A stretch of 64,000 nucleotides of DNA from Thermoplasmata archaeon (GCA_027314165.1 DAHVCH010000008.1:27274-91273); one strand, 5' to 3'; shown: positions 18,161-28,009, numbered from the stretch's first letter. The notes: generated from the sequence alone by a model not told the origin. Numbers and translations: made by a program.

Positions 18161-18592
18161 CTACACGAAGTGCCTGCGCACTCCGAGGAGGTAGATGAAC
18201 AGGATGAGCAGCACGAAGAAGAGGACCCACGACGCGACGAGCAGCGAGCTCAGCATCAGCAGGAACACCACGATCGCGGTCAGCCAGAGCGCCCAGGACT
18301 CCAGGTCCCAGAGCCCGCGAGCGGTGGCGAGCAGGACCATCCCGAAAATGAAGTAGAACCCGCCGATCAGCACGGCATCGCCGGCAACGCCCGTGAGCAG
18401 GGCCGGCGCGTGGGCCATGAACGCGATGCCCAGTCCTGCGAGGAGGACGAGCAGCCCCACGATCAGGATGAGCGCCCCGACGATGCCGATCAGGATGGCC
18501 AGGATCCCCACCAGGATCGGAAGCTGGTTCCGCGTGGGCCGGTAGGTCCCCGAGGGGTAGTAGGTGCTCACGAAGACGAACGCCCGGCCCAT
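18161..18592 (-). CDS. Small multi-pass membrane protein (about 4 TM)
   Basis: Hydrophobic helices; LLATARGLWDLESWALW pattern. Start ATG 18592 (or a slightly later GTG). Confidence 0.7.
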   Translation of the reverse strand: MGRAFVFVSTYYPSGTYRPTRNQLPILVGILAILIGIVGALILIVGLLVLLAGLGIAFMAHAPALLTGVAGDAVLIGGFYFIFGMVLLATARGLWDLESWALWLTAIVVFLLMLSSLLVASWVLFFVLLILFIYLLGVRRHFV

Positions 18593-18754
18593 GGCGCCGG
18601 GGCCGACGCGCCGCCCCGTCCCCTCGGGGGGCTCCGCCCGGGAACGGTCTTGCCGGGTCGGCTCGCCTCCCCTCCCCCTGGAGCGTTGCATTCGCACCCA
18701 CCCTAGCAGGCCCGAGGGGCCTTATTTATCTCCGCCTCGCTCGCGCCCGAGGTC

Positions 18755-20725
18755 ATGAAGCTCCTCTTCATCCACGCCGACCGTCTGTCCTACGAGGCGA
18801 GGAAGCCCGCGCTCAAAGTGCCTCCCCCCCTCGCTCCGGAGGAGAGCAAGGGTTCGGCGGAGGAGGCGCTCGTCGTCTTCTACTGCGTGGAGGCCGCGGA
18901 CACCTCCGACCTGCCCGCCATCGTGGAAAAGACCCTGGCAGAGATCCAGGACGTCCTGGGGCAGGTCAAGGCCGAGCGCGTGGTCCTCTACCCGTACGCC
19001 CACCTTTCGCAGTCGCTCGCTCCCCCGAAGGAGGCGCAGCGGGCGGGGGAGATGCTGAAGGCCCTCGCCGCCGAGAAGCTCGGCGTCACGGTGATCTCGG
19101 CCCCGTTCGGGTACTACAAGGCCTTCGAGCTCCGGGCCAAGGGACACCCCCTCGCCGAGCTCTCCCGGACCGTGTCGCTCGCCGGCTCGGCTCCCGCGAC
19201 CGCCGCCTCGACGGGCCTGGTCAACAAGCCCGCCAAGGGGGCGCCCGCCCCCTCTTCCTCCTCACCGGCCCCTTCCGCCCCGCAGAAGGGCGCAGCCCCC
19301 GCGGAGAGCGAGGCGCTGACGAAGGAGAAGAAGCTCGTCTCCAAGTGGTTCGTCCTGACTCCCGAGGCCAAGCTCGTCCCCGCCGAGGAGTTCGACTTCT
19401 CGAAGGACAAGGAGTTCGAGGCCTTCTTCCGCTACGAGACCCAGGGGACCCGCCAGGCCGGCGAGGAGCCCCCGCACGTCCGCCTGATGCGCGAGCTCGA
19501 GCTCGTCGACTACGAGCCGGCCTCCGACGCGGGGAACTTCCGCTGGTACCCGAAAGGGCAGCTCATCAAGCGCCTGCTCCAGGAGCAGTGTTCGGAGGTG
19601 ATCCGGAAGGCGGGGGGGATGCGCGTGGAAACCCCCATCATGTACGACTACGAGCACCCGGCGCTCAAGCGGTACCTGGACCGGTTCCCGGCCCGGCAGT
19701 ACATCCTGCGCTCGGAGGACAAGGACTACTTCCTCCGCTTCGCGGCCTGCTTCGGCCAGTACATGATCTTCCACGACATGGTGATGGGGCGGAAGGACCT
19801 CCCCGTCAGGCTGTACGAGCTCACCCACTACTCCTTCCGGCGCGAACAGACGGGAGAGCTCTCCGGGCTCCGTCGCCTGCGGACCTTCACGATGCCGGAC
19901 ATGCACACGCTGGTCGCCGAGGTCGGGCAGGCGAAGCAGGAGTTCCTCCAGCAATTCCAGCTCTGCCAGCAGTGGATGGCGGACCTGGGGGTCCCCTACC
20001 ACGCGGCGGTCCGATTCGTCCGCAGCTTCTACGAGGAGAACCCGGACTTCGTCCAGGCGCTCGCGAAGGCCAACGGCCGCCCGATGGTCGTCGAGATGTG
20101 GGACGACCGTTTCTTCTACTTCGTGACGAAGATGGAGTTCCACCCCCTGGACAGCCAGGGGCGCGCGGCCGCCCTCTCCACGGTCCAGATCGACGTCGAG
20201 AACGGGGAGCGCTTCGGCATCCAGTACACGGACTCGGACGGGAAGCGGAAGCACCCGCTCATCCTCCACACGAGCGTCCCCGGGGCCATCGAGCGGAACG
20301 TCTACGCGATCCTCGAGAACGAGGCGAAGAAGATGGCCAAGGGCCAGAAGGGCTCCTTCCCGTTCTGGCTCGCACCGACCCAGATCCGGCTCCTGCCGGT
20401 CTCGGACACGTTCATCGACCCGTGCCTGAAGCTCGTCCAGGAGCTCGAGGAGCGCTCGGGAGCACGGGTGGACCTCGACGACCGGGACGAAGGGATCGGT
20501 CGGAAGATCCGCGACGCGGAGAAGGAATGGGTCCCGCTCATCCTCGTCTACGGCGAGAAGGAGGCGGGCGGGGCGAAGTTTGCCGTCCGCACCCGCGACG
20601 GCCCCCAGCTCTCCGTGAGCATGGACGAACTCGTGGCCGAGATCGCCCGGCGGCAGGGCCCCCGGCCGAAGGCGGCCCTAGGGCTTCCCGTCCGGGTCAA
20701 CCTGCGCCCCATCTTCCGAGGATAG
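18755..20725 (+). CDS. thrS: Threonine--tRNA ligase, archaeal type with N-terminal editing domain
   Basis: MKLLFIHAD...LYPYAHLS...APFGYYKAFELRAKGHPLAELSR (archaeal editing domain); class II core FAACFG, FRREQTGEL, MPDMH; anticodon domain WLAPTQIRLLPV. Confidence 0.97.
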   Translation: MKLLFIHADRLSYEARKPALKVPPPLAPEESKGSAEEALVVFYCVEAADTSDLPAIVEKTLAEIQDVLGQVKAERVVLYPYAHLSQSLAPPKEAQRAGEMLKALAAEKLGVTVISAPFGYYKAFELRAKGHPLAELSRTVSLAGSAPATAASTGLVNKPAKGAPAPSSSSPAPSAPQKGAAPAESEALTKEKKLVSKWFVLTPEAKLVPAEEFDFSKDKEFEAFFRYETQGTRQAGEEPPHVRLMRELELVDYEPASDAGNFRWYPKGQLIKRLLQEQCSEVIRKAGGMRVETPIMYDYEHPALKRYLDRFPARQYILRSEDKDYFLRFAACFGQYMIFHDMVMGRKDLPVRLYELTHYSFRREQTGELSGLRRLRTFTMPDMHTLVAEVGQAKQEFLQQFQLCQQWMADLGVPYHAAVRFVRSFYEENPDFVQALAKANGRPMVVEMWDDRFFYFVTKMEFHPLDSQGRAAALSTVQIDVENGERFGIQYTDSDGKRKHPLILHTSVPGAIERNVYAILENEAKKMAKGQKGSFPFWLAPTQIRLLPVSDTFIDPCLKLVQELEERSGARVDLDDRDEGIGRKIRDAEKEWVPLILVYGEKEAGGAKFAVRTRDGPQLSVSMDELVAEIARRQGPRPKAALGLPVRVNLRPIFRG

Positions 20726-21928
20726 GCCTCCGTTCCCCGCGCCGGTCGTGGACGGCGAAGGGGAGGCCTCCTCGCTCCCCGGGGGTCGGACGCGACGCCG
20801 ACGGGAGAGGAGCACGGAGGTGGACACCGCAAGGGCCAGGGTGGCGCCTCCGAGGACGGCCAGCAGCACGAACGTCGGTAGCACGGGCGCCGGCGCGGGG
20901 ACCATGGGGCAGTTGAACACCAGCCCTTGTTCGGTGACCGTCACGTTGGAGGCCGCCCGACCCCCTTGCGCGTCCGTCACCAGGACCGTGGCGTTCCAGG
21001 GGTCCTGACCGACGTAGGCGTGGGTGATGTTCTCGCCCGTCCCGTTCGGGGTCCCGTCGCCGAAGGACCAGTCGAAGGTGAACGGGGGCGCGCCGCCGGA
21101 GACCTGGGCGCTCAGGCTCACGTTCATCCCGGCGTGCCCCTTGCATGTGTCGCAGCTGCAGCTCACGTTCAGGACCCTCATGCTCGCGTGGACCGAGAGC
21201 GGTGGAGCGTTCTGCACGCTCACGAGGACCGTCGCGTTCGCGGAGTTCCCGTTGGAGTCGTTGACCCAGACGCGGGCCGTGTAGCTCCCGACGGTGGTGT
21301 ACGTGTGGGTCGCATTCTGGGTGGTGGCACGTTGGCCCCCGTCCCCAAAGGTCCAGGCGAAGAGGTCGAGGGGGACCCCGCCGGAGGGGAACGAGAGGAA
21401 GGAGACCGAGAGAGGGGCGGTCCCGCTCGAGGCTGCCGCCGTGGCGCGGATCGAGAGGGGAGGCACGCAGCCGCTCCCGGCGCCGATCGTGATGGTGAGC
21501 GACGCGCCGGCCACCTGCCCCAGGCTGTCGTGCACCTGGAGGCTCACGGGGTACGCTCCTCCTGCGCTGTAGGCGTGGAGCGGGTTCTCCACCGTCGCCG
21601 TGGCCCCGTCGCCGAAGTTCCAACCCCAAGAGTAGGGCGGCTGCCCTCCCTTCGCTGTTCCGTTGAACCCGGCGGGGGTCCCGCAGGGCGCGCTCGGAGG
21701 TCCGGCCGCCCGGGCCGAGAGCGGCGCCTGGGGGATCGGGACGGCGAAGGCGAGACGGCCGTTCTCCCCCGCAGCGCCGGTGGGGGGGGAGTTTCCCGCA
21801 AGCGCGAAGATGAGGGTGGGAGACCGGGAGGAGCTCGCCCCTGCTTCCCCGATGAAAAGCGAGGCGCCGTTGGTCACCACGAGGAGGGACAGGACCACCG
21901 TCCACGCCAGGAGATGGGCCGTCCGCAT
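20678..21928 (-). CDS. PKD-domain surface protein with signal peptide and C-terminal TM anchor
   Basis: Three W-x-F-G-D-G PKD motifs (WNFGDG, WTFGDG, WSFGDG); TM followed by RRRR. The 3' end overlaps thrS by 48 bp. Confidence 0.85.
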   Translation of the reverse strand: MRTAHLLAWTVVLSLLVVTNGASLFIGEAGASSSRSPTLIFALAGNSPPTGAAGENGRLAFAVPIPQAPLSARAAGPPSAPCGTPAGFNGTAKGGQPPYSWGWNFGDGATATVENPLHAYSAGGAYPVSLQVHDSLGQVAGASLTITIGAGSGCVPPLSIRATAAASSGTAPLSVSFLSFPSGGVPLDLFAWTFGDGGQRATTQNATHTYTTVGSYTARVWVNDSNGNSANATVLVSVQNAPPLSVHASMRVLNVSCSCDTCKGHAGMNVSLSAQVSGGAPPFTFDWSFGDGTPNGTGENITHAYVGQDPWNATVLVTDAQGGRAASNVTVTEQGLVFNCPMVPAPAPVLPTFVLLAVLGGATLALAVSTSVLLSRRRRVRPPGSEEASPSPSTTGAGNGGLSSEDGAQVDPDGKP

Positions 21929-22038
21929 GGTGCTCTATCCGTCGGTCGTCCGAGGATCGACCCTGGTCCCCACCGGCCTCAGGGGCGCTTCGCGCCAGGG
22001 AGGCCTGGAGGGGGAGAGGAGGGCCCTGTCGAGGTGAG

Positions 22039-23844
22039 CTACGAGGAGGAGGACGCGTTCGCGGGCTTCGACGCGGCAGTGCCCCCGTGGAGGTACCGGT
22101 GGCGGAGCAGGAGGCCGGCGACACCCATGAGCGCGAGGAAGACCAGCGGGCCCGCGACCACGAGATCCCCAAGGATCGGCATGGTCCCCTGCGCTCCGTT
22201 CGACGAGGATCCCGTGGGTGGCGGGGGTTGGCTGGAGGCGGGCGGCGTCGGGAGCACCTGGATCTGCGCGGGGTTGGACACGGCGCTGGCCACTCCCGAG
22301 GTCGCGCTCACGGAGATGGTCGCGTTCCCCGCCGCCTCTGCGGCCACGAACAGCGCCTGCGACCCGTCGTTCTCCGGGATGAGCTGACCCACCGCAGGGG
22401 AGGATAGGGTCCAGTTGTACGCCACCCCCGCCGAGGGCGTCGAGCCGTTCGCATCCAGGGCGGTCGCCCGCAGGGTGACCGACCCTCCGGCGTGCAACGT
22501 GCTGCTCGAGGGCGAGAGCTGGACGCTCTTGAGGGGAGAGGAGCCCCCGCCGCCCGGGGACGTGACGGCGACCTGGAAGGGGGATCGCAAGGGCGAGCCC
22601 GGCAGCGAGGCGAGGTAGCCGGAGACGTCCGAGGCCGAGAGATAGAGCTGGAGCGTGCCGACGACCGAGGTGGCGTTGAACGGAAGGGTCGCCCCGTACG
22701 TGCCGTTGAACGGCTTGCCCGAAAGCAGGGAGAGCCCGACGGTGGACCAGAAGAACGCCGCGGTGTCCTTGTACGTGACCGTCACGGTCGGGGCCACCAC
22801 ATCCTGGACACCCACCTGGACCCCCAGCGACGTGCCCACCGGGACGGAGGCGGGCAGGGCGGGGGCGGAGCTGAACCTCGGGAACATCGTGGCGTAGGGG
22901 AGGGCCGCCCACCACTCGTCCGCGATCTCCGCGTGCCCCGTGGGACTCGGATGGAAGTAATCGAGGTGGTTCACGTCCTGGGCCGAGAAGGTCAGGTTCC
23001 CGATGTCCCACAGCGAGACGTTCCAGGACCGGGCGATCCGCTGTTCGACGTGGTTGTAGGCCCGGACCATGTACTGCATCATGGCCCGGCTCGGGGCGTT
23101 CAGGAGCGCGGGGCAGGTGCTCTGCCAGACCAGCTCGGCCTGGGAGTTCCCTCCGAAGAGGGTCCAAAGGATGCTCACATTGACCACGTTGGCGAGGGCG
23201 ATGACGGTCGTCGGGGGGAGTTCTGTCCGGAGGATCTCGAAGGTCCGATTGAGGGAGGCGGAGAAGTTCCAGACGGGGGTGGGGGTGGGCGTGCTCCCGC
23301 TGTGGGAGCAGACGTCGTTCCCTCCGATGAGGATCGAAACGAACCCCGCGCCGTCCCGGACCGCCTCGAGCGACTGCCAGACCATGTCGCTCGCCTTGTC
23401 TCCCGGCACCGCGAGCAGCCGGTCGTACAGGCAGCCGGTCTGGACCTGGGGGAGCGTGCAGTCGACGCCGGTGGCGTTCGGGTAGATCGTGAGCAGCCGC
23501 TGGTAGAACGAGTAGACCCCCGTCGAGGCGGTGTTGTTCGCGACCGCGTAGGAGTACCATGGCTGGACCCCGAGGCTCGTCGCCTGGCCGTTGGCGTCGT
23601 ACGCGGGAGTGATCGAGTCGCCCAGTGCGGCGTAGACCTGGGGGTCAGGGAGAGGAAGCGCGCGGGCTACGTCGCCGCCCTGCGAGAGGGCCCCAGGGCC
23701 GTGATGCCCTGGGGCGGAGGGCAGGGCCGCAGGGGTCACCGGCGCGGAGTGGGCCCCGGGCACCGCCGGAACACCGGCGAGGAGGCTCATCCATGTCAGC
23801 CCCGCGACCAGGAGGGCCAGCGAGGCGAAGGAACGGCGAGACAC
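22039..23844 (-). CDS. Membrane-anchored SGNH/GDSL hydrolase with Ig-like stalk
   Basis: Block I ALGDSIT, block III GGNDVC, block V DYFHPSPTGH; signal peptide from GTG 23844; C-terminal TM followed by RHR. Confidence 0.88.
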   Translation of the reverse strand: MSRRSFASLALLVAGLTWMSLLAGVPAVPGAHSAPVTPAALPSAPGHHGPGALSQGGDVARALPLPDPQVYAALGDSITPAYDANGQATSLGVQPWYSYAVANNTASTGVYSFYQRLLTIYPNATGVDCTLPQVQTGCLYDRLLAVPGDKASDMVWQSLEAVRDGAGFVSILIGGNDVCSHSGSTPTPTPVWNFSASLNRTFEILRTELPPTTVIALANVVNVSILWTLFGGNSQAELVWQSTCPALLNAPSRAMMQYMVRAYNHVEQRIARSWNVSLWDIGNLTFSAQDVNHLDYFHPSPTGHAEIADEWWAALPYATMFPRFSSAPALPASVPVGTSLGVQVGVQDVVAPTVTVTYKDTAAFFWSTVGLSLLSGKPFNGTYGATLPFNATSVVGTLQLYLSASDVSGYLASLPGSPLRSPFQVAVTSPGGGGSSPLKSVQLSPSSSTLHAGGSVTLRATALDANGSTPSAGVAYNWTLSSPAVGQLIPENDGSQALFVAAEAAGNATISVSATSGVASAVSNPAQIQVLPTPPASSQPPPPTGSSSNGAQGTMPILGDLVVAGPLVFLALMGVAGLLLRHRYLHGGTAASKPANASSSS

Positions 23845-23944
23845 GGCACCCGCGCGTAGCTGGCGGCCGCTATTTGAGGCCAAGGGGAGGACGGACGTCC
23901 GGACGCCGGTCGCCCCCGCGTCCCTCGCCGGTTCCCCGGCGGTC

Positions 23945-26440
23945 TCACTCTCCCTGCGCCGAGAGGGCGTCGTGCAGGTCCCGTCGCAGCGTCTGGGCGG
24001 TCCGCGTGACCTCGACCCCCTGGGCGATCGCCTCGGCCTCGGAGAGGTGCGCCTTCGCCTCGTCGACCCGTCCGCGCATGTTCGAGGCCATCGCGAGGCG
24101 GAAGAGGGCTTCCGCCTGCGTGCGACGGAGGTTCGAGCGGCGACCGACTTCCAGGGCCTCCCTCGCACGGTGCTCCGCCCGGTCCAGGAGCCCCATCCGG
24201 CCGGCCGTGTCGCAGGCGTAGATCAGGGCGCGTCCCTCGCGCTCGTTGTCGTGAAGGGCCCGGGCCAGATCGACCGCGGCGTCCGCGAGGCCGAGCGCCT
24301 CTCGCATCTCCCCCTTCGCCAGGTGGTTCGAGGCCTTGCGGAGCATGGCGTCGAGCAGCCGCCAGACCTCCGGCATCTCCGGAAGGACCTCCGTCGCGCG
24401 CGCCATGGTCTTCTTCGCCGCAGGCTCGTCGTCCAGGGAGTACTCGATCGCCGCGCGTCCGAGCAGCGCGAAGAGCGCTCCGTCCCGGTCCCCGCCCTGG
24501 AACAGGAGGGTGATCCCGTCCTCGAGCTTCTTCGTGCTCGTCTCCCGGCTCGACGGATCGAGCATGAACTCCACGTCCGCGAGGGCCGTCAGGGCCCGCC
24601 CGAGCTCCACCGGTGGGGCGTGGGCCCGCGTGAGGGCGTCCAGGCATCCTTGGAGGTCCTCCCGGGCGGAGGCGTAGTCCCCCGCGCTGTAGGACAGGCG
24701 GCTCCGGAAGCGCCGGACCGAGGCGAGCCCCAGGTCGTCTCCGGTCTCCTGGAAGCGCGAGACGGCCTCCTCCGCGAGGGTGTGGGCGATGGCGGTGTCC
24801 CCCCGCCGGGCGGTCACCCGTGCGAGGTCGAGCAGCACGCCGGCGTAGGGCGCACCTCCCTCGTGGACGTTCTTCAGCAGGTCGCGGGCACGGGAGAGGG
24901 CCTGCGTCGCCGCGTCGTCCGCTCCGAGGGCATAGGCGACGGCCCCCAGCTCCTGAAGGAGCTTGGCCTCCCCGCGGACGTCCTTCGGTCGGCAGCGCTG
25001 ATGGACGGAGAGCGCCTGCTCCAGGAGCTCGCGCTCCCGGGGGAGCGAGCCCGCATCCCTCGCAAGCTCCACCGCCGCGCGGAGGTACTCCAGCGCCTTC
25101 TCGTCGCTCTTCCCCTGCGTGAAGTGGTGCGTCAGCGCGAAGACCCGGGCGGCGTCCCCGCCGCCAGGCATCGCCTCGAGCGCTTCCCCGATCTTCCGAT
25201 GCAGGACGCGGCGACGGGCGGCGGTGAGGTCGCGGTAGACCTTCTGGCGGAGGCTCTCCTCCGCGAACCCGAAGGCGCCCCCCGGCCGTTCCATGAGAAG
25301 ACCGCGGTGGACGAGCTCCTCGACCAGCTCAGCCGCCCGCTCCTCGCTCTCGCCCGTGGCACGCCGGAGCAGTTCGAACGGGACGGAGGGTCCGGCCACC
25401 GCGGCGACGGCGAGCGTCCGCTCCTGGTCCTCCGTGAGGGTTCCGCCCGGGTCCTCGGCCGCCTCCGCTTCCCGCGGGTCCCTCCCGGGTAGCGCGCCCT
25501 GGGTCTGATAGGCCCGAACGAGGCGCAGCGCCGCTCCCGGCAGACCTTCGGAGCGTTCGACGACCTCTTCCAGGACCGTCCCCGGAAGGGGCGCCTTCGT
25601 CGACAGGTGTTCCTGCAGGAGCGTGCGAAGCTCCGCGGAGGAGAGCGGGGAGAGGGGCCGACGTACGGCCACCTGCTGGAGGAACGTTCGCTCGAGGGCC
25701 CGGCGGAGGGCCGGGTAGAGCTCCTCCTCCTGAGTGTAGGTCAGCAGCAGCCAGAGCGGGGCCTCGGGCCTCCACTCGAGGAGCACCGCGATCAGGTCGG
25801 CCGATACATGGTCGGCGAGCTGCAGGTCCTCCAGGGCCAGAAGGAGAGGGGCTTCGCGCGCCCGGTCCACCAGGAACCGGCGGATCTGGGAGAGCAGTCT
25901 CGCGCGCTTCTCCTGCGCGGTCTGGCTCGGGTCCGAGAGGGACCGCACGAGGCGTTCGTACTCCACCTGAGCCGAGGGCGCGCTCGCGTGGGACCCCGGG
26001 GCCGGACGTGGACCGATCCCTGCCCCCAGGACCAGGGCGGAGAGGCCGAGCAGGCCCTCTCCCGGACCGGGGTCACGCTCGGCGGTCTCCTCTCCGGTCT
26101 GGCCGTCGCGGCCGCGGGTGGACCGTCCCTCCTCCGCGGCCGGTTCCCGGGGGTCGTGCTCCCAGGAGGCGAGGGCGCCGCGGAAGAGCGAGAGCGGGGC
26201 GAGCGCGTCGTCCGCCTCGGCCCGGCACAGCAGGGTCTCAAAACCCTCCCTCCTGGCGGCGAGACGGACCTGCTCGACGACCCATTCCTTCCCGAGGTCT
26301 TGGCCGCCGACGAGGCAGCTGGCGAGCGTCGTCGACCGGGAGACCACCTCGGCACGATCGCGCGCAAGCTCCCGGAGGACGGCCTCGCGGACCTCGCCTC
26401 GCGGGTGCGAAGGTGCGGGTGGGTCCCCTGGGGCCGGCAT
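23945..26440 (-). CDS. STAND/AAA_16-type ATPase-like protein with C-terminal TPR repeats (degenerate P-loop)
   Basis: LVGGQDLGKEW (P-loop variant), LLLALEDLQLAD (Walker B region), ERSEGLPG (GxP motif), winged-helix-like segment with FAEESLRQKVY, then helical TPR repeats. ATG 26440. Confidence 0.78.
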   Translation of the reverse strand: MPAPGDPPAPSHPRGEVREAVLRELARDRAEVVSRSTTLASCLVGGQDLGKEWVVEQVRLAARREGFETLLCRAEADDALAPLSLFRGALASWEHDPREPAAEEGRSTRGRDGQTGEETAERDPGPGEGLLGLSALVLGAGIGPRPAPGSHASAPSAQVEYERLVRSLSDPSQTAQEKRARLLSQIRRFLVDRAREAPLLLALEDLQLADHVSADLIAVLLEWRPEAPLWLLLTYTQEEELYPALRRALERTFLQQVAVRRPLSPLSSAELRTLLQEHLSTKAPLPGTVLEEVVERSEGLPGAALRLVRAYQTQGALPGRDPREAEAAEDPGGTLTEDQERTLAVAAVAGPSVPFELLRRATGESEERAAELVEELVHRGLLMERPGGAFGFAEESLRQKVYRDLTAARRRVLHRKIGEALEAMPGGGDAARVFALTHHFTQGKSDEKALEYLRAAVELARDAGSLPRERELLEQALSVHQRCRPKDVRGEAKLLQELGAVAYALGADDAATQALSRARDLLKNVHEGGAPYAGVLLDLARVTARRGDTAIAHTLAEEAVSRFQETGDDLGLASVRRFRSRLSYSAGDYASAREDLQGCLDALTRAHAPPVELGRALTALADVEFMLDPSSRETSTKKLEDGITLLFQGGDRDGALFALLGRAAIEYSLDDEPAAKKTMARATEVLPEMPEVWRLLDAMLRKASNHLAKGEMREALGLADAAVDLARALHDNEREGRALIYACDTAGRMGLLDRAEHRAREALEVGRRSNLRRTQAEALFRLAMASNMRGRVDEAKAHLSEAEAIAQGVEVTRTAQTLRRDLHDALSAQGE

Positions 26441-26550
26441 CGCGAGCACCTGGCGCAGCGTGCTGCCCCGCCATGTAGGTTGCGCGGGCGGCCGTTCGGG
26501 GCGCCCCGGAGCCCGAACGGGGTCCCCGGGAGCCGCCCTCGAGAGGGCTC

Positions 26551-27141
26551 CTAGTGGCGGCGAGCGGGATTCTCTACGCGGGCCCGGGCCGAGGCTCCGC
26601 CCGCGAGGGTGGCCGTCGCTCCGAAGCTCCGCTCGAGCTCGGAGGACGGCGGCCGGAACCCGGAGAAGAGCGATCGCGCGAGGTAGACGTGGGGGATCTG
26701 GCCCGCACGAAGTCCACGGAAGGGGCCCCCCGTGCGTGTCGCCTCGCGGTACTCGTAGTACTCGCCCTTCGGGAGGAACCAGACGATGGTGTCGTCGGTC
26801 CCTCGGGCCCCGTGCTCCCCCCGAGGGTAGGTGGCGATGCTCAGGTGCCGCTCGACGTCGTCCGGGAGGTTGAACACGAGCTTTCCGGTGAGCTGGGCCA
26901 CGCCGACGACGCGGTTCTGCGCCATCTCGCGGGCCAGGACCTCGGCGGCCCGCTGGGTCCCGATGACCCGCAGCGTCCCAGGGCCTCGGTCGAGGAAGGC
27001 GATCGCACGGCCAGGGCGCTGGAGCCCCTCCAGGTCCTCCGGACGGCAACCGAGAAGGTCTGCGACCTCGGAAGGTAGTTGGGCGGTGCACCAGCTCGGG
27101 TGGACCGCCCGGAGGATCACCCAGTCCTCGGTGCCGACCAT
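26551..27141 (-). CDS. Hypothetical protein, possibly tandem AbrB/MraZ-like swapped-hairpin fold
   Basis: Two similar segments, TAQLPSEVADLLG and AQLTGKLVFNLPDDVERHLSI. ATAAAT TATA-like box about 25 nt upstream. Confidence 0.6.
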   Translation of the reverse strand: MVGTEDWVILRAVHPSWCTAQLPSEVADLLGCRPEDLEGLQRPGRAIAFLDRGPGTLRVIGTQRAAEVLAREMAQNRVVGVAQLTGKLVFNLPDDVERHLSIATYPRGEHGARGTDDTIVWFLPKGEYYEYREATRTGGPFRGLRAGQIPHVYLARSLFSGFRPPSSELERSFGATATLAGGASARARVENPARRH

Positions 27142-27157
27142 GGGAATCTAAGAATTC

Positions 27158-27898
27158 TCATGATTTATGAGCTCTTCCAAGGCGGAACGACCCGAAGGAG
27201 GTGGCGCCTCCGTCGGTGGGCAGCGGGCGCGGCCTCGAACGGAGCCCGAGATGGAGGAGGGGGAGCAGGTCCCTCGCGTCCCGGGTGTCGGCGGTCACGT
27301 CGGCCGCCCGCCGGACCTCCGGGACGTAGCTGTTGAGCGCGATCCCCGTCGCGACGAAGGGGAAGACCCGTGCGTCCGCGGGCCCATCCCCCAGATGGGC
27401 GGTCTCGGCCGACGAGGCTCCCGTCGCGCGGAGGAGCATCCGCAGCCCGTCCCGCTTGTCGACGTGGACGTGCCGGACCCCTTCGACGGTCCCGTCCCGC
27501 ACGCGCTGGAGCACCCCTGCCCAGAGGTCGAACCCGTAGCGCTCGGCGTACCACCGGCAGACGTACCCCGGGTTGTGCGTCAGGAGCGCCACCTTCACTC
27601 CCCGGGCATGCAGCGCTCCCACGAGGGAGGCGAGGTGGGCCAGGTGGCGGGTCCGCTCCAGGATCTGCTCGAGCTCGTGGAGCGGCAGTCCTCTCGCGAA
27701 GTTGAGCAGGCGGACCAGGTGGTCGTCCTCGGTCGCCCGCCCGGAGCGGAAGAGCGTCTGCGCCTCATCGAAGGCCTTCGTCATGCCGCGGTGGCGAGCG
27801 ATGGCCCGCCAGCCATGGCCCACGGCGATGGTCCCGTCGATGTCGAAGGTGACCAGGCGGAGCGGACGAGATCCCGCCGGTAGCCCGTCCTTCTCCAT
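27158..27898 (-). CDS. HAD-superfamily phosphatase (phosphoserine phosphatase-like)
   Basis: Motif I FDIDGT, motif II LLTHN, motif III K (VDKRD), motif IV GDGPAD. ATG 27898 after AAGGAGG. Confidence 0.88.
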   Translation of the reverse strand: MEKDGLPAGSRPLRLVTFDIDGTIAVGHGWRAIARHRGMTKAFDEAQTLFRSGRATEDDHLVRLLNFARGLPLHELEQILERTRHLAHLASLVGALHARGVKVALLTHNPGYVCRWYAERYGFDLWAGVLQRVRDGTVEGVRHVHVDKRDGLRMLLRATGASSAETAHLGDGPADARVFPFVATGIALNSYVPEVRRAADVTADTRDARDLLPLLHLGLRSRPRPLPTDGGATSFGSFRLGRAHKS

Positions 27899-28009
27899 CG
27901 CGGCCTCCTTGCGGGGGTGGGCTGCCATCTTCCCTCCGTCTTAACGCTCGACGGCAGCCCCACCTCCTTCGCACGCACCCTCAAGTGGCGAAGTGGCCTG
28001 ACCTGCCCG

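Noticed and set aside
26441-27091. N-terminal extension of the STAND ATPase to 1048 aa
   Set aside because: It overlaps the better-supported 26551-27141 gene in another frame and is Arg/Pro-rich noise.
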